Source of the DNA: Chloroflexota bacterium
Lineage (GTDB): Bacteria > Chloroflexota > Limnocylindria > Limnocylindrales > CSP1-4
Assembly: GCA_034430475.1 (NCBI GenBank)
Contig: DAOUEA010000094.1
Location: 8,725-72,724, forward strand
DNA length: 64,000 nt
Reading direction: 5' to 3'
The stretch's first letter is position 1. Each line of letters opens with the position of its first letter. The position numbers and the translations under genes are program-made. Under the pieces are notes generated by a model that ran no database searches, was not told the origin of the DNA, and saw only the letters and a list, made by a program, of their open reading frames with translations. Of the stretch, positions 38,593 to 47,844 are shown one piece after another.

Positions 38593-39419
38593 AGGTCGCG
38601 CCGGTCGAGCCCGGTGGACCTGGCGACCTGCCTGACGGCCTCGGCCCGGCGTGCCCCGCCGGCAACCAGGCGCTCGACTTCGGCCCGGGCCTCGTCGAGC
38701 GACACGCCGGCAGCCTCCGGTGCCGCTCCCCTGCCCGCCCGCGTGGACTCGAGCACAATGACAAACTCACCCCGCAGGGTCAGCCCGCCCGACGCCGCCC
38801 GTGCCGCCACGTCGCCGAGCGGCCCGCGGACCACCTCCTCGTGGATCTTGGTCAGTTCCCGGCAGACCGCCGCCCGGCGGTCCGGACCGGCGGCGGCCGC
38901 AAGATCGGCCAGGGTGCGGGCGACGCGCGCCGGCGCCTCGTACAGGACGCAGGCCCGGGCATCCGCGGCTATACGGGCCAGGCGGTCGCGCCGCTCTCGG
39001 CCGCCGCGAGGCAGGAACCCCTCGAAAGTCCAACGCGGGGCCGGCAGGCCGCAGGCCACCAGCGCCGACAGCGCCGCGGAAGCCCCGGGGATGGGGACCA
39101 CCGCGCCACCCTCCGCAGCCCAGGCCGAGGCCAGCTCCCCACCTGGGTCGCTGACCAGGGGAGTGCCCGCGTCGGTGACGAGGGCCAGATCGCGCCCCGC
39201 TCGAAGGTGCTCGAGCAGCTCCAGCTCGCGACCCGGTCCGCTCCGGGCGTGGTAGCTCTTGAGGGGCGTGGCGATCTCGTAGCGGGCGAAGAGCCGTTTC
39301 GTCAGCCGGGTGTCCTCGGCCGCGACGAGCGGCACCGAGCGCAGCACCTCCACGGCGCGGTAGGTCATGTCGCCGAGATTGCCGATCGGCGTGGCCACCA
39401 CGAACAGCCGGCCGCTCAT
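38577..39419 (-). CDS. rsmI: 16S rRNA (cytidine1402-2'-O)-methyltransferase
   Basis: 280 aa. LFVVATPIGNLGDMTYRAVEVLRSVPLVAAEDTR is the RsmI/tetrapyrrole-methylase-fold signature. Confidence 0.92.
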   Translation of the reverse strand: MSGRLFVVATPIGNLGDMTYRAVEVLRSVPLVAAEDTRLTKRLFARYEIATPLKSYHARSGPGRELELLEHLRAGRDLALVTDAGTPLVSDPGGELASAWAAEGGAVVPIPGASAALSALVACGLPAPRWTFEGFLPRGGRERRDRLARIAADARACVLYEAPARVARTLADLAAAAGPDRRAAVCRELTKIHEEVVRGPLGDVAARAASGGLTLRGEFVIVLESTRAGRGAAPEAAGVSLDEARAEVERLVAGGARRAEAVRQVARSTGLDRRDLYRPS

Positions 39420-39539
39420 CGGAAGCCCGGCCTCACGAGAGCCTCAGCCCCGGGCCCTCCGGCCCGCGGCCCGACAGGCGCCCCTCCGCACCAAGCCCCT
39501 CCGCGGGAAGCCCCTCCGCCGGCCCTTCGACGGCCGGAA

Positions 39540-40472
39540 TCACTTCTTGGAAGCTCCCGGCCGCAGCGGCGAGTGAGGATCTCCGGGATCGCTCCGCTCG
39601 AGCGCCAGGCCGGCCACCGGGGGCACGATCCGCTTGAACTCCGAGGCAGCCATCATCTGATGAAGCCGCTCGATCTTCGCCTTGCTGAAGCCCATGGCCA
39701 CGAGCTCCTCGTCGGAGCGCCGCTGGTCGTACATCCAGAACATCATCCGATCCAGCTCCGGGTAGCCGAAATCGGCCTCTCCCTCGTCCGTCTGACCCGG
39801 CCAGAGGTCGGCCGACGGCGGCTTGCGGATGATCTCTTCGGGCACGCCCATGGCCGCCGCGAGCTGCCGGACCTGACTCTTGTACAGGTCGCCGATCGGG
39901 CCGAAGGCGCAGGCGCTGTCGCCATACATGGTCGTGTAGCCGATGAGCCATTCGGTCTTGTTGCCGGTGCCGGCCACCAGGCCGCCCCATATGACCGACC
40001 TGTCGTAGAGGACGGCCATCCGCATCCGGGCCGCCAGGTTGCCCCGGCGCAGAGGCGTCGCCTCGCGCGCGGCCGCGCCGCCCGCCCCCACCTCCGCCAT
40101 CAGGTCGCGCGCTTCCCCGGGCCGAGCCTCCCCCTCTCGCCCGAAGTACGCGTCCACCATCGGCGTGATCTCGACGAGGTCGCTGGCGCACCCGAGCTTG
40201 TCCACCACGAGCCGGGCATGCCCGACCGACTCTGGGGACGAGGTGCGATAGGGCATCAGGACACAGAGGACGCTGGCCGGCCCCACCGCCTCGGCGGCCA
40301 GGCAAGCGGTGAGCGCCGAGTCGATGCCGCCCGATAACCCCAGCAGAACGCGGCTGAAGCCGGCCTTGCGCAGCTGGGCACGGATGAAAGCCACGATCTC
40401 CCGGCGCACGGCGTCGGTGTCTATGACCAGCTCCTCGGGGAGCTCGAACAACTCATCGCCATTGGGGCTCAT
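39540..40472 (-). CDS. nadE: NAD+ synthase (ammonia-dependent type, PP-loop ATPase)
   Basis: 310 aa. The PP-loop is LGLSGGIDSAL. GTGNKTEWLIGYTTMYGD and LYKSQVRQLA are also present. Confidence 0.9.
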   Translation of the reverse strand: MSPNGDELFELPEELVIDTDAVRREIVAFIRAQLRKAGFSRVLLGLSGGIDSALTACLAAEAVGPASVLCVLMPYRTSSPESVGHARLVVDKLGCASDLVEITPMVDAYFGREGEARPGEARDLMAEVGAGGAAAREATPLRRGNLAARMRMAVLYDRSVIWGGLVAGTGNKTEWLIGYTTMYGDSACAFGPIGDLYKSQVRQLAAAMGVPEEIIRKPPSADLWPGQTDEGEADFGYPELDRMMFWMYDQRRSDEELVAMGFSKAKIERLHQMMAASEFKRIVPPVAGLALERSDPGDPHSPLRPGASKK

Positions 40473-40571
40473 GCGACGGGCCTCTTCCGGATACTGGTGT
40501 TGCCAATGCCCAACTGCCTCACGACGCAGAGTCTATCCGGAGAGCCGCTCCCGTGACGCTGGGCCCGCACC

Positions 40572-41690
40572 CTACTCCGACAGATCGGCGGCGGTCTCGA
40601 CCGCCGACTGCCGAGCTGCCACCTCCGCGGCGGCGTCCCGGGTCACCTGTTCCGCGAAGTGGCAGGCTGCTCGCTGGCCTGCGCCCAGGTCGCGCAACGG
40701 CGGATCGTCCACCACGCAAGTCTCGGGGTTGCCCAGCTTCTCCCGCAGCCAGCAACGGGTGTGGAAGCGGCAGCCGGACGGCGGGTTGGCCGGCGAGGGC
40801 ACGTCGCCCTTCAGCACCAGCCGCTTGGTCCGAGCGCGCGGATCCGTAACCGGGACTGCCGACAGCAGAGCCACGGAATACGGGTGGCGGGGGTGGCGGT
40901 AGAGCTCGTCCGTTTCCGCTACCTCGACGATCTTGCCCAGGTACATGACCGCGATGCGTTCGCAGAAGTACTGGACGACCGACAGGTTGTGGGCGATGAA
41001 GAGGTACGTCAGGTCGAACCGGGACCGCAGGTCCGAGAGCAGGTTGAGGATCTGCGATTGGATCGAGACGTCCAGGGCTGAGACCGGTTCGTCGCAGACC
41101 ACGAACTCAGGAGCCAGGCAGAGCGCCCGGGCAATGCCGATCCGCTGCCGCTGGCCGCCCGAGAACTCGTGCGGGTAGCGTCGCGAGTAGTCGCGCCGCA
41201 GGCCGACTGCCTCCAGGAAATCGCCGACGCGATCGTCGCGTATCTTGCGCTCGCCCCAGCCGTTCTCCTTCGTCGCCTGGGCCAGTAGCCCCTCGCCGAT
41301 GATGTCGCTGACCGGCATGCGCGGGTTGAGCGAGCCGTAGGGGTCCTGGAAAATGAACTGCATCCGGCGCCGCATCTGCTTGAGCTCGGAGCCCCTCAGC
41401 GCCAGCACGTCCCGGCCGTCCAGCAGGACCGATCCGGACGTGGCTCTTTCCAGGCGCAGTATCGTCCGCCCCAGGGTGGTCTTGCCGCAGCCCGATTCCC
41501 CGACCAGGCCGAATGTCTGGCCCCGGTTGATGGCAAGGTTCACGCCGTCCACGGCGTGAACGCGGCCTACCTGGCGGCGCAGGACGCCGCCGAAGATGGG
41601 GAAGTAGGTGACCAGATCCCTGGTCTCGACCAGAGGCGTCGACGATTCGGCCCGTGTCACCTGGCTCACGTCCTTGCTCACGTCCTTCAT
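40572..41690 (-). CDS. Peptide/nickel-type ABC transporter ATP-binding protein (OppF/DppF-like)
   Basis: The start is ATG 41690 ([10 protein letters not shown]...), overlapping the upstream stop (ATGA). Walker A is GESGCGKTT and the signature is FSGGQRQR. The oligopeptide C-terminal domain carries CRFHTRC. Confidence 0.9.
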   Translation of the reverse strand: MKDVSKDVSQVTRAESSTPLVETRDLVTYFPIFGGVLRRQVGRVHAVDGVNLAINRGQTFGLVGESGCGKTTLGRTILRLERATSGSVLLDGRDVLALRGSELKQMRRRMQFIFQDPYGSLNPRMPVSDIIGEGLLAQATKENGWGERKIRDDRVGDFLEAVGLRRDYSRRYPHEFSGGQRQRIGIARALCLAPEFVVCDEPVSALDVSIQSQILNLLSDLRSRFDLTYLFIAHNLSVVQYFCERIAVMYLGKIVEVAETDELYRHPRHPYSVALLSAVPVTDPRARTKRLVLKGDVPSPANPPSGCRFHTRCWLREKLGNPETCVVDDPPLRDLGAGQRAACHFAEQVTRDAAAEVAARQSAVETAADLSE

Positions 41691-43267
41691 GCTTGCTTCG
41701 CCACCCGGCTGCGTGTCGATGCCGCCGCCGTCTTCTCGAAGGCCGTGCGGCGACTGGCGCCCTCGGACGTGTAGAGGAAGCACCTGGTCTGGGCCCCGGT
41801 GCCGGGCACCGGCATGAGCTCCGGCTCGGAGGCGCGGCAGCGCTCCCAGGCGTAGGGGCAACGCGGCTCGAACTTGCAGCCCGGGGGCATCCGGAACGGA
41901 TTCGGAACCACGCCCTTGATGACGTCCAGCTCCTGGCCTCGCTTGTGCAGGGCCGGAATGGAATTCAGGAGCCCCTGGGTGTAGGGGTGCCTGGGCGAAA
42001 GGAGGACGGCCTCCACGGGGCCGGCCTCCACGACTCGCCCGGCATACATGACGGCGACCTGGTGGACGGTCTCGGCCACGACAGCCAGGTCGTGGGTGAT
42101 CAGCAGCAGGGCCGTGCCGGTCCGAGCCTGGAGGTCCTTGATCAGCTCCAGGATCTGGGCCTGGATCGTCACGTCGAGAGCGGTGGTCGGCTCGTCCGCG
42201 ATCAGCAGCTTGGGCTGGCAGGACAGGGCCATGGCGATCATCGCCCGCTGCCTCATGCCGCCCGACATCTCGTGCGGGTACTGCTCGACCCGGCGTTCGG
42301 GGGCCGAGACCCCGACCAGGCGCAGCGCTTCGATGGTCCGCTCGAGAGCTTCGTCTCTGCTCACATCGTTGTGGTAGAGGACCGCCTCCATGATCTGATC
42401 GCCGACGGTGAAGACCGGGTTGAGGCTGGTCATCGGCTCCTGGAAGATCATGGCGATATCCTTGCCGCGGACGGAACGGATCTCGTCGCCGTCCAGGGTG
42501 AGCAGATCGCGGCCGTCGAACCAGATCTCGCCGCCAGCGAATTCACCGGGTGGCGTGTCGATGAGGCGCATGATCGACAGGGCGGTCACGCTCTTGCCGC
42601 AACCGGACTCACCGACCAGCCCGACCGTGCCGCCCCTGGGGATCTCGAGGTCGACGCCGTCCACGGCCTTGACAGTTCCGTCCATGACCCGGAAGTAGGT
42701 CTGCAGGCCGCGGATCGAGAGCAGCGGCCGGTCGTATTCCAGGTCTCGGTCGGTCTCGACGGCGAGCAGCCGGGCTCGCTTTCGGCCGCGCAACTGGCGG
42801 TCAACCTCGCCCAGCACGCCGGCCAGGCCGAAGGCGACGAGCAGCAGGCCACACAGGCAGACGACGAGGAAGGCCAAACCCGGCGCCAGGGAGATCTCCT
42901 CCTCGCCCATCAGCCTTGGGCCGTTCACCTCCGAGTGATGGACCACCAGGACGCCGAGCATAGCCAGGCCGACGACCAGCGCGGCTCCGCGGCGGATAGG
43001 TCGGGCGATCAGACGCCGAACGGGCGGGACGAGCAGGGCCACCATGGCCAACCCGCCGGCAGCTGCGACCGGCAGGGCCGGACCGCCGTAGCTCTCACTC
43101 AGCGAAACGGGCCTGTTGTCGCGGCCCACGGCTCCTGCCCAGGGCAGGAGCAAGGCCGAGGCAGCTGCCAGCATTCCGAGCGCGGCGACTACCTTGTCTG
43201 TCAGCGGCGCGCGCTCTTCTCGGTCGCGATGGGGCTGACCGGATGGGTGCGTGTCCTGAGCTGTCAC
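41687..43267 (-). CDS. Peptide/nickel-type ABC transporter ATP-binding protein (OppD/DppD-like) with a ~175-aa N-terminal extension predicted to hold 4 TM helices
   Basis: The ATPase core runs from [11 protein letters not shown], with Walker [10 protein letters not shown], signature MSGGMRQR and Walker [13 protein letters not shown]. The N-terminal part has hydrophobic stretches [56 protein letters not shown] and [24 protein letters not shown]. The GTG start at 43267 overlaps the permease stop (GTGA). Confidence 0.85.
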   Translation of the reverse strand: MTAQDTHPSGQPHRDREERAPLTDKVVAALGMLAAASALLLPWAGAVGRDNRPVSLSESYGGPALPVAAAGGLAMVALLVPPVRRLIARPIRRGAALVVGLAMLGVLVVHHSEVNGPRLMGEEEISLAPGLAFLVVCLCGLLLVAFGLAGVLGEVDRQLRGRKRARLLAVETDRDLEYDRPLLSIRGLQTYFRVMDGTVKAVDGVDLEIPRGGTVGLVGESGCGKSVTALSIMRLIDTPPGEFAGGEIWFDGRDLLTLDGDEIRSVRGKDIAMIFQEPMTSLNPVFTVGDQIMEAVLYHNDVSRDEALERTIEALRLVGVSAPERRVEQYPHEMSGGMRQRAMIAMALSCQPKLLIADEPTTALDVTIQAQILELIKDLQARTGTALLLITHDLAVVAETVHQVAVMYAGRVVEAGPVEAVLLSPRHPYTQGLLNSIPALHKRGQELDVIKGVVPNPFRMPPGCKFEPRCPYAWERCRASEPELMPVPGTGAQTRCFLYTSEGASRRTAFEKTAAASTRSRVAKQA

Positions 43268-44259
43268 TCGCGGCTCCTAGGATCGAGGGCGTCGCGCAGG
43301 CCGTCGCCCATGAAGTTGATGCCCAGCACCGTCAGCACGATGGCCATGCCCGGGAAGAAGGCCCACCACCAGTTGCCCAACTGCAGGTAGTTCTGAGCCT
43401 TCGAGAGAGCGTTCCCCCACGTCGGTTGGTAGTGAGCGTCGACGCCGTAGCCGAGGAAGCTGACGAAGGCCTCGCCGATGATGACGTAGGCGACCGAGAG
43501 GGTGGTGGCGACGATGATGGGGCTCATGGCGTTGGGCAGGATGTGGCGGAAGATGATGCGCCGGTCGCCGACGCCTACCGCTCGTGCCGCGTCGACGAAA
43601 GCCTCGGTCCGCAGGGACAGGAACAGGCTTCGCACCAGCCGGGCAATGCCCATCCAACCCAGGATGGCGAACACGACCAGGATGACGCGCCAGTCGCCCT
43701 GGCCGAAGACCTTGGCGAAGAGGATGATGACGAACAGCGTCGGCAGGCTCAGCATGACGTCGACGAGTCGCATCAGCAGGTTGTCGACCCAGCCGCCGAA
43801 ATAGCCGGCTACGCCGCCCACGATTGCCCCGATTGTGGCCGCGAAGAGGGAGGCGCCCACGCCGATGAGCAGCGACAGTCGAGCGCCGTTGACGACCAGC
43901 GTCAACAGGTCCAGCTGCAGGCTGCCGGTGGTCCCAAGCGGATGCCCCGGCGTCAAGGGAGGACAACCGGGGGCGGCCAGCTGCGTCTCCGACCCCGGGC
44001 AATACTGGACGGGGTACGGGATGTCGAGCGGGTCGTACGGCAGCAGGAACGGGCCGATGATGGCGATGACGCACATCGTGAGGAACAGCCCAGCTCCGAA
44101 GAGAGCCAGCCGGTGGCGCCTGAAGCGGCGCCAGGCCAGCTGCCACTGGTTCAGCGAGACGAGGGCAACCTCGTAGTCGGCGCCCTCGGGGGCGCCCGGC
44201 AGAGGTTCCGGCTCGGTTTCTTCGATAAGGGGGGCGTCGGCCCCGAACCTGGATCGCAT
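43264..44259 (-). CDS. Peptide-type ABC transporter permease (OppC/DppC-like)
   Basis: 331 aa. It shows the BPD_transp_1 pattern ([30 protein letters not shown]) and is polytopic. Confidence 0.9.
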   Translation of the reverse strand: MRSRFGADAPLIEETEPEPLPGAPEGADYEVALVSLNQWQLAWRRFRRHRLALFGAGLFLTMCVIAIIGPFLLPYDPLDIPYPVQYCPGSETQLAAPGCPPLTPGHPLGTTGSLQLDLLTLVVNGARLSLLIGVGASLFAATIGAIVGGVAGYFGGWVDNLLMRLVDVMLSLPTLFVIILFAKVFGQGDWRVILVVFAILGWMGIARLVRSLFLSLRTEAFVDAARAVGVGDRRIIFRHILPNAMSPIIVATTLSVAYVIIGEAFVSFLGYGVDAHYQPTWGNALSKAQNYLQLGNWWWAFFPGMAIVLTVLGINFMGDGLRDALDPRSRE

Positions 44260-44268
44260 TCTCGTTTC

Positions 44269-45375
44269 CTAGTCGTACCTGACGCGCGGATCGACGACCG
44301 CGTACAGAACGTCGGCCAGCAGATTGGCGAAGACCACGAGGGTTGCCCCGACCACCAGGATGCCCATCAAGACGGTCGTGTCGTCGTGGCCTACGGATTG
44401 GATGAACTGGCGGCCCATGCCCGGCCAGGAGAAGATCTGCTCGGTGACGATGGCGCCCGAGAACAGGAACGGGATCTCCAGGGCCATGTTCGTGACGACC
44501 GGCAGCAGGGCGTTGCGCAGGGCATGACGGAAGACGACTCGCCTCTCCGGCAGGCCCTTGGCGCGAGCAGTCCGCACGTAATCCTGGTTGAGGGCGTCGA
44601 GCATGCTGGAGCGGATGAAGCGCGAGTCGTAGGCAACGCTGACCACGACCAGCGTGAAGACCGGCAGCGCGAGGTGACGAGCTAGGTCGGTCAAGGCGTA
44701 GGCGGGGTTGGAGCCGAAGAACTCCCAGTAGGCGTCGGTGCCGAAGATGGGTACGGTGCGAGCGTCCCACATGCCGCTGGCCGGGAACCACTTCACCGGC
44801 TGCCCGACGGCGAAGAAGGCGATGAGCATCAGCCCCAGCCAGAAAGTAGGCAGGGAGAAGCCCACGTAGTTGAATATCGTGAAGGCCGAGTCGAAGGCGC
44901 TGTACCGTCTCACCGCCGCATAGACCCCGGCGATGAAGGCCACCGTGACCCAAATGACCCAGGCCGTCACCATCAGGATGAGCGTGGGCGGGATCCTTTC
45001 GGCGATCACGTCCGTGACCGGCCGTCCATCGTTGATCGAATAGCCCAGGTCGCCGTGCAGCAGGCCGTTGTCGCCGCCCGGAAGGTCGATGTCCAGCCCC
45101 AGAATCTCTACTTCTCCGCCGGGCAGGGCGTTGATCAGGAACGGCTTGTCGCCGCATGCGCCCAGCCACTTGCAGTACTGGATCGGCCAGGGCTGATCCA
45201 GGCCCCAGCGGTGCTTCCAGGCCGCGATCTGCTCCTGCGTTACGCGCGGGTTCTGGGCGAACCGGCTCGTCGGGTTGCCGCCCGTTGCCAGGTACATGAT
45301 CCCGAAGCAAGCGAACGAGATGCCGATCAGGACCGGGATGGCCAGCAGAGTTCGCCGCAGGATGAACTTGAGCAT
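44269..45375 (-). CDS. Peptide-type ABC transporter permease (OppB/DppB-like)
   Basis: 368 aa. It begins MLKFILRRTLLAIPVLIGISFACFGIMYLA. The EAA-like loop is YVRTARAKGLPERRVVFRHALRNALLPVVT. Confidence 0.9.
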   Translation of the reverse strand: MLKFILRRTLLAIPVLIGISFACFGIMYLATGGNPTSRFAQNPRVTQEQIAAWKHRWGLDQPWPIQYCKWLGACGDKPFLINALPGGEVEILGLDIDLPGGDNGLLHGDLGYSINDGRPVTDVIAERIPPTLILMVTAWVIWVTVAFIAGVYAAVRRYSAFDSAFTIFNYVGFSLPTFWLGLMLIAFFAVGQPVKWFPASGMWDARTVPIFGTDAYWEFFGSNPAYALTDLARHLALPVFTLVVVSVAYDSRFIRSSMLDALNQDYVRTARAKGLPERRVVFRHALRNALLPVVTNMALEIPFLFSGAIVTEQIFSWPGMGRQFIQSVGHDDTTVLMGILVVGATLVVFANLLADVLYAVVDPRVRYD

Positions 45376-45395
45376 CTGCCCCGCTCGGTTGCTAG

Positions 45396-45429
45396 AGAGG
45401 GCGACGGGCCCTGGGGCCCGCCGCCCTCT
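45396..45429 (-). terminator. Strong 15-bp hairpin between the SBP gene and the first permease gene (partial terminator or mRNA-stabilising stem-loop)
   Basis: The minus strand reads AGAGGGCGGCGGGCC-CCAG-GGCCCGTCGCCCTCT, which gives 15 bp including one G-U pair and a 4-nt loop. There is no U-tract. Confidence 0.5.
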
Positions 45430-45462
45430 GCTTACGGTCTCAGATCGCTTGGACCAGTGGGC

Positions 45463-47253
45463 TTACTTGACCCACCAATCAACGATGTTCCACTCGCCTG
45501 CGAAGACGGTGGGGTTGCCCGTGAAGTTCTGAACCTTGCTGTCCACGATCCAGACGTCCTGGCGGTAGTACAGCGGCAGTTCGAACAGGTTCTGGTCCGG
45601 GTCTCCGTAGATGTCCTGGATAGTGAACATCGCCGCGCGGATCTTGTCGAAGTCGACGCTGTTCTTGACGATGTCGTAGGCAGCGTCGAGGTCGGGCAGG
45701 CTGGTGCGGGTGATGTTCTGGCCGTTGTGCGGCTCGTTGTCGGGGATGCCGCTGGAGTGGTAGACGTTGTACCCGCCGATCGGATCGAGCGGCGAGCTGT
45801 AGGCGAACTCGGCCACGTCGAAGTTGCCGTGGACGATGTTGCACTTGACGTCCGAGCCTTCGTCGTACCAGCCGCCAAAGACGTCCGGAATAGAAGGCTT
45901 GGCATTGACGTTGACCTTGATGCCAACGGCCTTCATCTGCGAGGCGACCAGGGCCAGGGTGTCCTCACGGACCTGGCGGGTGGTCGTGCAGTACTCGATT
46001 TCGAGCGTCTTGCCGCTCTTGGCGTAGTAGCCGTCAGCACCCATCGTCCAGCCTGCGGCCTCGAGCTTGGCCTTGGCCCCGGCCGGATCGGCCTTCGTGG
46101 TCCCGTCGATGTCCTTGTAGTACCAGGTCAACGGCGAGATGAAGTTGTTGCTGACCTTGACGGTGCCGCCCAGCGGGCCGGCGGCGATGGCTTCGCGATC
46201 GGTGGCCAGCTTCAGGGCCTGGATGATCGCGACGTAGTCGTCGCCGTACTTCTCCTTGAGCGACTTGTTGTTGTAGGCGTGCAACTCGTACAGCAGGGCA
46301 GGCTCGGCAAGAACCTGGTCGGCCGGGAGGTCTGCCAGCTTGGGCAGGTCGGAATCCTGCAGGTTCTGGCCAACGTCGAACTCGCCGGCCTTGAAGCCGA
46401 GGATCATCGAGTCGGCATCGCCGTAATACTTCCAGATAACGCTATCCAGATACGGCGCGTGACCGCTGATGGTCTCGTTGTTCGGGTTGGGCTTGAGCGT
46501 GATCTGGGCGTCGGTCTTGGCCTCGACGGGGATGTACGGGCCGCTGTACACGCCAGAGGCAAGATCGCCCATGGGATACAGATCGGTCGCCGCATTCTTG
46601 GCCGGGACCGTCGACAGATAGTGCGCCGGCAGAAGCGGGGCGATCAGGCCAAGGTAGCCTGAGTAGAGGGCCTTGTAGTGGATCACGCAGTCGGTTCCGG
46701 TACCACCGTCGATGGCGGTGATGTCCTCCCAGCCGATGGTCCCGCCGACGAGACCCGCCTGCGTGTCATCCATGATCCACTTCCAGGTTGCCTCGACGTC
46801 GGCGCAGGTGATCGGCTGGTCGTCGGACCACTTCATGCCGGACTTCAGGCTGAACTTGACGTCCATGCCGCTGCCGACGATCTCCACTCCGCCGTTGGCC
46901 ACCGTCGGGACATCCTTGGCAAGGTCGGGCATGTACTTGAGGTCGTTGGTAACGATCCACAAGTTGTTGAGCATGCTGTCCGCGGCCTCGATGTCGGACA
47001 GGGCCTGAGCGTAGTACGCGTTGACGGAGTCGGGGTACTGCCACTCGGCGATGACGATGCTGCCGCCGGTCTGCGTCGGCGTGCTGGGCTTGTAGCTCGT
47101 GTTGGTGATGTCGACTCCGCCGGCAGTGGCGCTGGGGGCTGGCGTCGGCGTCGCGCCCTGGCTAGGCGCGGCCGTCGGCGTGGCTTCCGTGGACGAGCAG
47201 GCGCTCGCCACGATTGCGGCTATGGCGAACAACCCGAATAGCCGTCTATGCAT
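45463..47253 (-). CDS. ABC transporter substrate-binding lipoprotein, family 5 (OppA/DppA-like)
   Basis: The start is ATG 47253 (MHRRLFGLFAIAAIVASACSS, lipobox ASAC), preceded by GGAGGAG. At ~596 aa its length and composition are typical of SBP_bac_5. Confidence 0.9.
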   Translation of the reverse strand: MHRRLFGLFAIAAIVASACSSTEATPTAAPSQGATPTPAPSATAGGVDITNTSYKPSTPTQTGGSIVIAEWQYPDSVNAYYAQALSDIEAADSMLNNLWIVTNDLKYMPDLAKDVPTVANGGVEIVGSGMDVKFSLKSGMKWSDDQPITCADVEATWKWIMDDTQAGLVGGTIGWEDITAIDGGTGTDCVIHYKALYSGYLGLIAPLLPAHYLSTVPAKNAATDLYPMGDLASGVYSGPYIPVEAKTDAQITLKPNPNNETISGHAPYLDSVIWKYYGDADSMILGFKAGEFDVGQNLQDSDLPKLADLPADQVLAEPALLYELHAYNNKSLKEKYGDDYVAIIQALKLATDREAIAAGPLGGTVKVSNNFISPLTWYYKDIDGTTKADPAGAKAKLEAAGWTMGADGYYAKSGKTLEIEYCTTTRQVREDTLALVASQMKAVGIKVNVNAKPSIPDVFGGWYDEGSDVKCNIVHGNFDVAEFAYSSPLDPIGGYNVYHSSGIPDNEPHNGQNITRTSLPDLDAAYDIVKNSVDFDKIRAAMFTIQDIYGDPDQNLFELPLYYRQDVWIVDSKVQNFTGNPTVFAGEWNIVDWWVK

Positions 47254-47390
47254 GCAATGCTCCTCCATCTGTGTGCGTCCCCACGCGGAATGGTCTGCGG
47301 TAGCCGCTCGGTCGGTTTGCACTTGATGGTGTCGATTGGGCAAGCCTTCCGACAGGACTTGGGCGTGTCCCGGCCGCCGTATTGGCCGCT

Positions 47391-47419
47391 ACTATGGGGA
47401 CGCCTCCAGGACGTGTCAA
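47391..47419 (-). promoter_or_regulatory. Sigma70-type promoter candidate for the ABC-importer operon (TTGACA-17-CATAGT)
   Basis: The minus strand reads ggcaaTTGACAcgtcctggaggcgtcccCATAGTagc. The -35 is perfect and the spacer is 17 nt. It lies ~135 nt upstream of the SBP start. Confidence 0.5.
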
Positions 47420-47844
47420 TTGCCCCGCAGATCTGCTATCGCCACCTCCTTCGGTGTTCGATCGGCATGGCTGGGACGCCCAGGAGGTGCTCCCTCCCCT
47501 GCACCCAGCGAGGCGCGGTCACAGGCGCGCGGAATAACGCGACAGGGATGGGTTCGCCGAGGCGGATGTTGGGATGGCGTGCTTCGGCCGGCCGCCGTGG
47601 GCGGCGAGCCCGGGAGCAAAGTTCAACGGTGCCAGCTCCTGGTCCGTGGCGGTCCTCCTGGTTGACGCGCTTGGGCCGCTATGGAGTCCGGTCAGACCAT
47701 CTGCCGCCATGCAGCCCGGATGGCCCGTGAGCCTTTGTCCGCGCATTGCGATCCCGGCCCTCCCGGGAGCACGGGCATCGCCCGCGGACGGCTAAAGCTT
47801 ACACCTAACCGCCGCGATGCCAATTCAGGCGTCAAGCCGCCATC

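Noticed and set aside
43277-45310. 677-aa minus-strand ORF and the 480-aa plus-strand ORF (43243-44685) over the permease genes
   Set aside because: These are alternative frames of the two ABC permease genes, which show clear polytopic membrane sequences and EAA loops. The alternatives are Arg/Pro/Gly-rich.
47690-47760. Possible SRP (4.5S) RNA on the minus strand because of a GGCGGCAGATGGTC segment resembling the GGCAGAUGAC asymmetric-loop region
   Set aside because: There is no GGAA tetraloop or AGCA symmetric-loop partner in the right place and no long terminal helix. The similarity is limited to about 8 nt.
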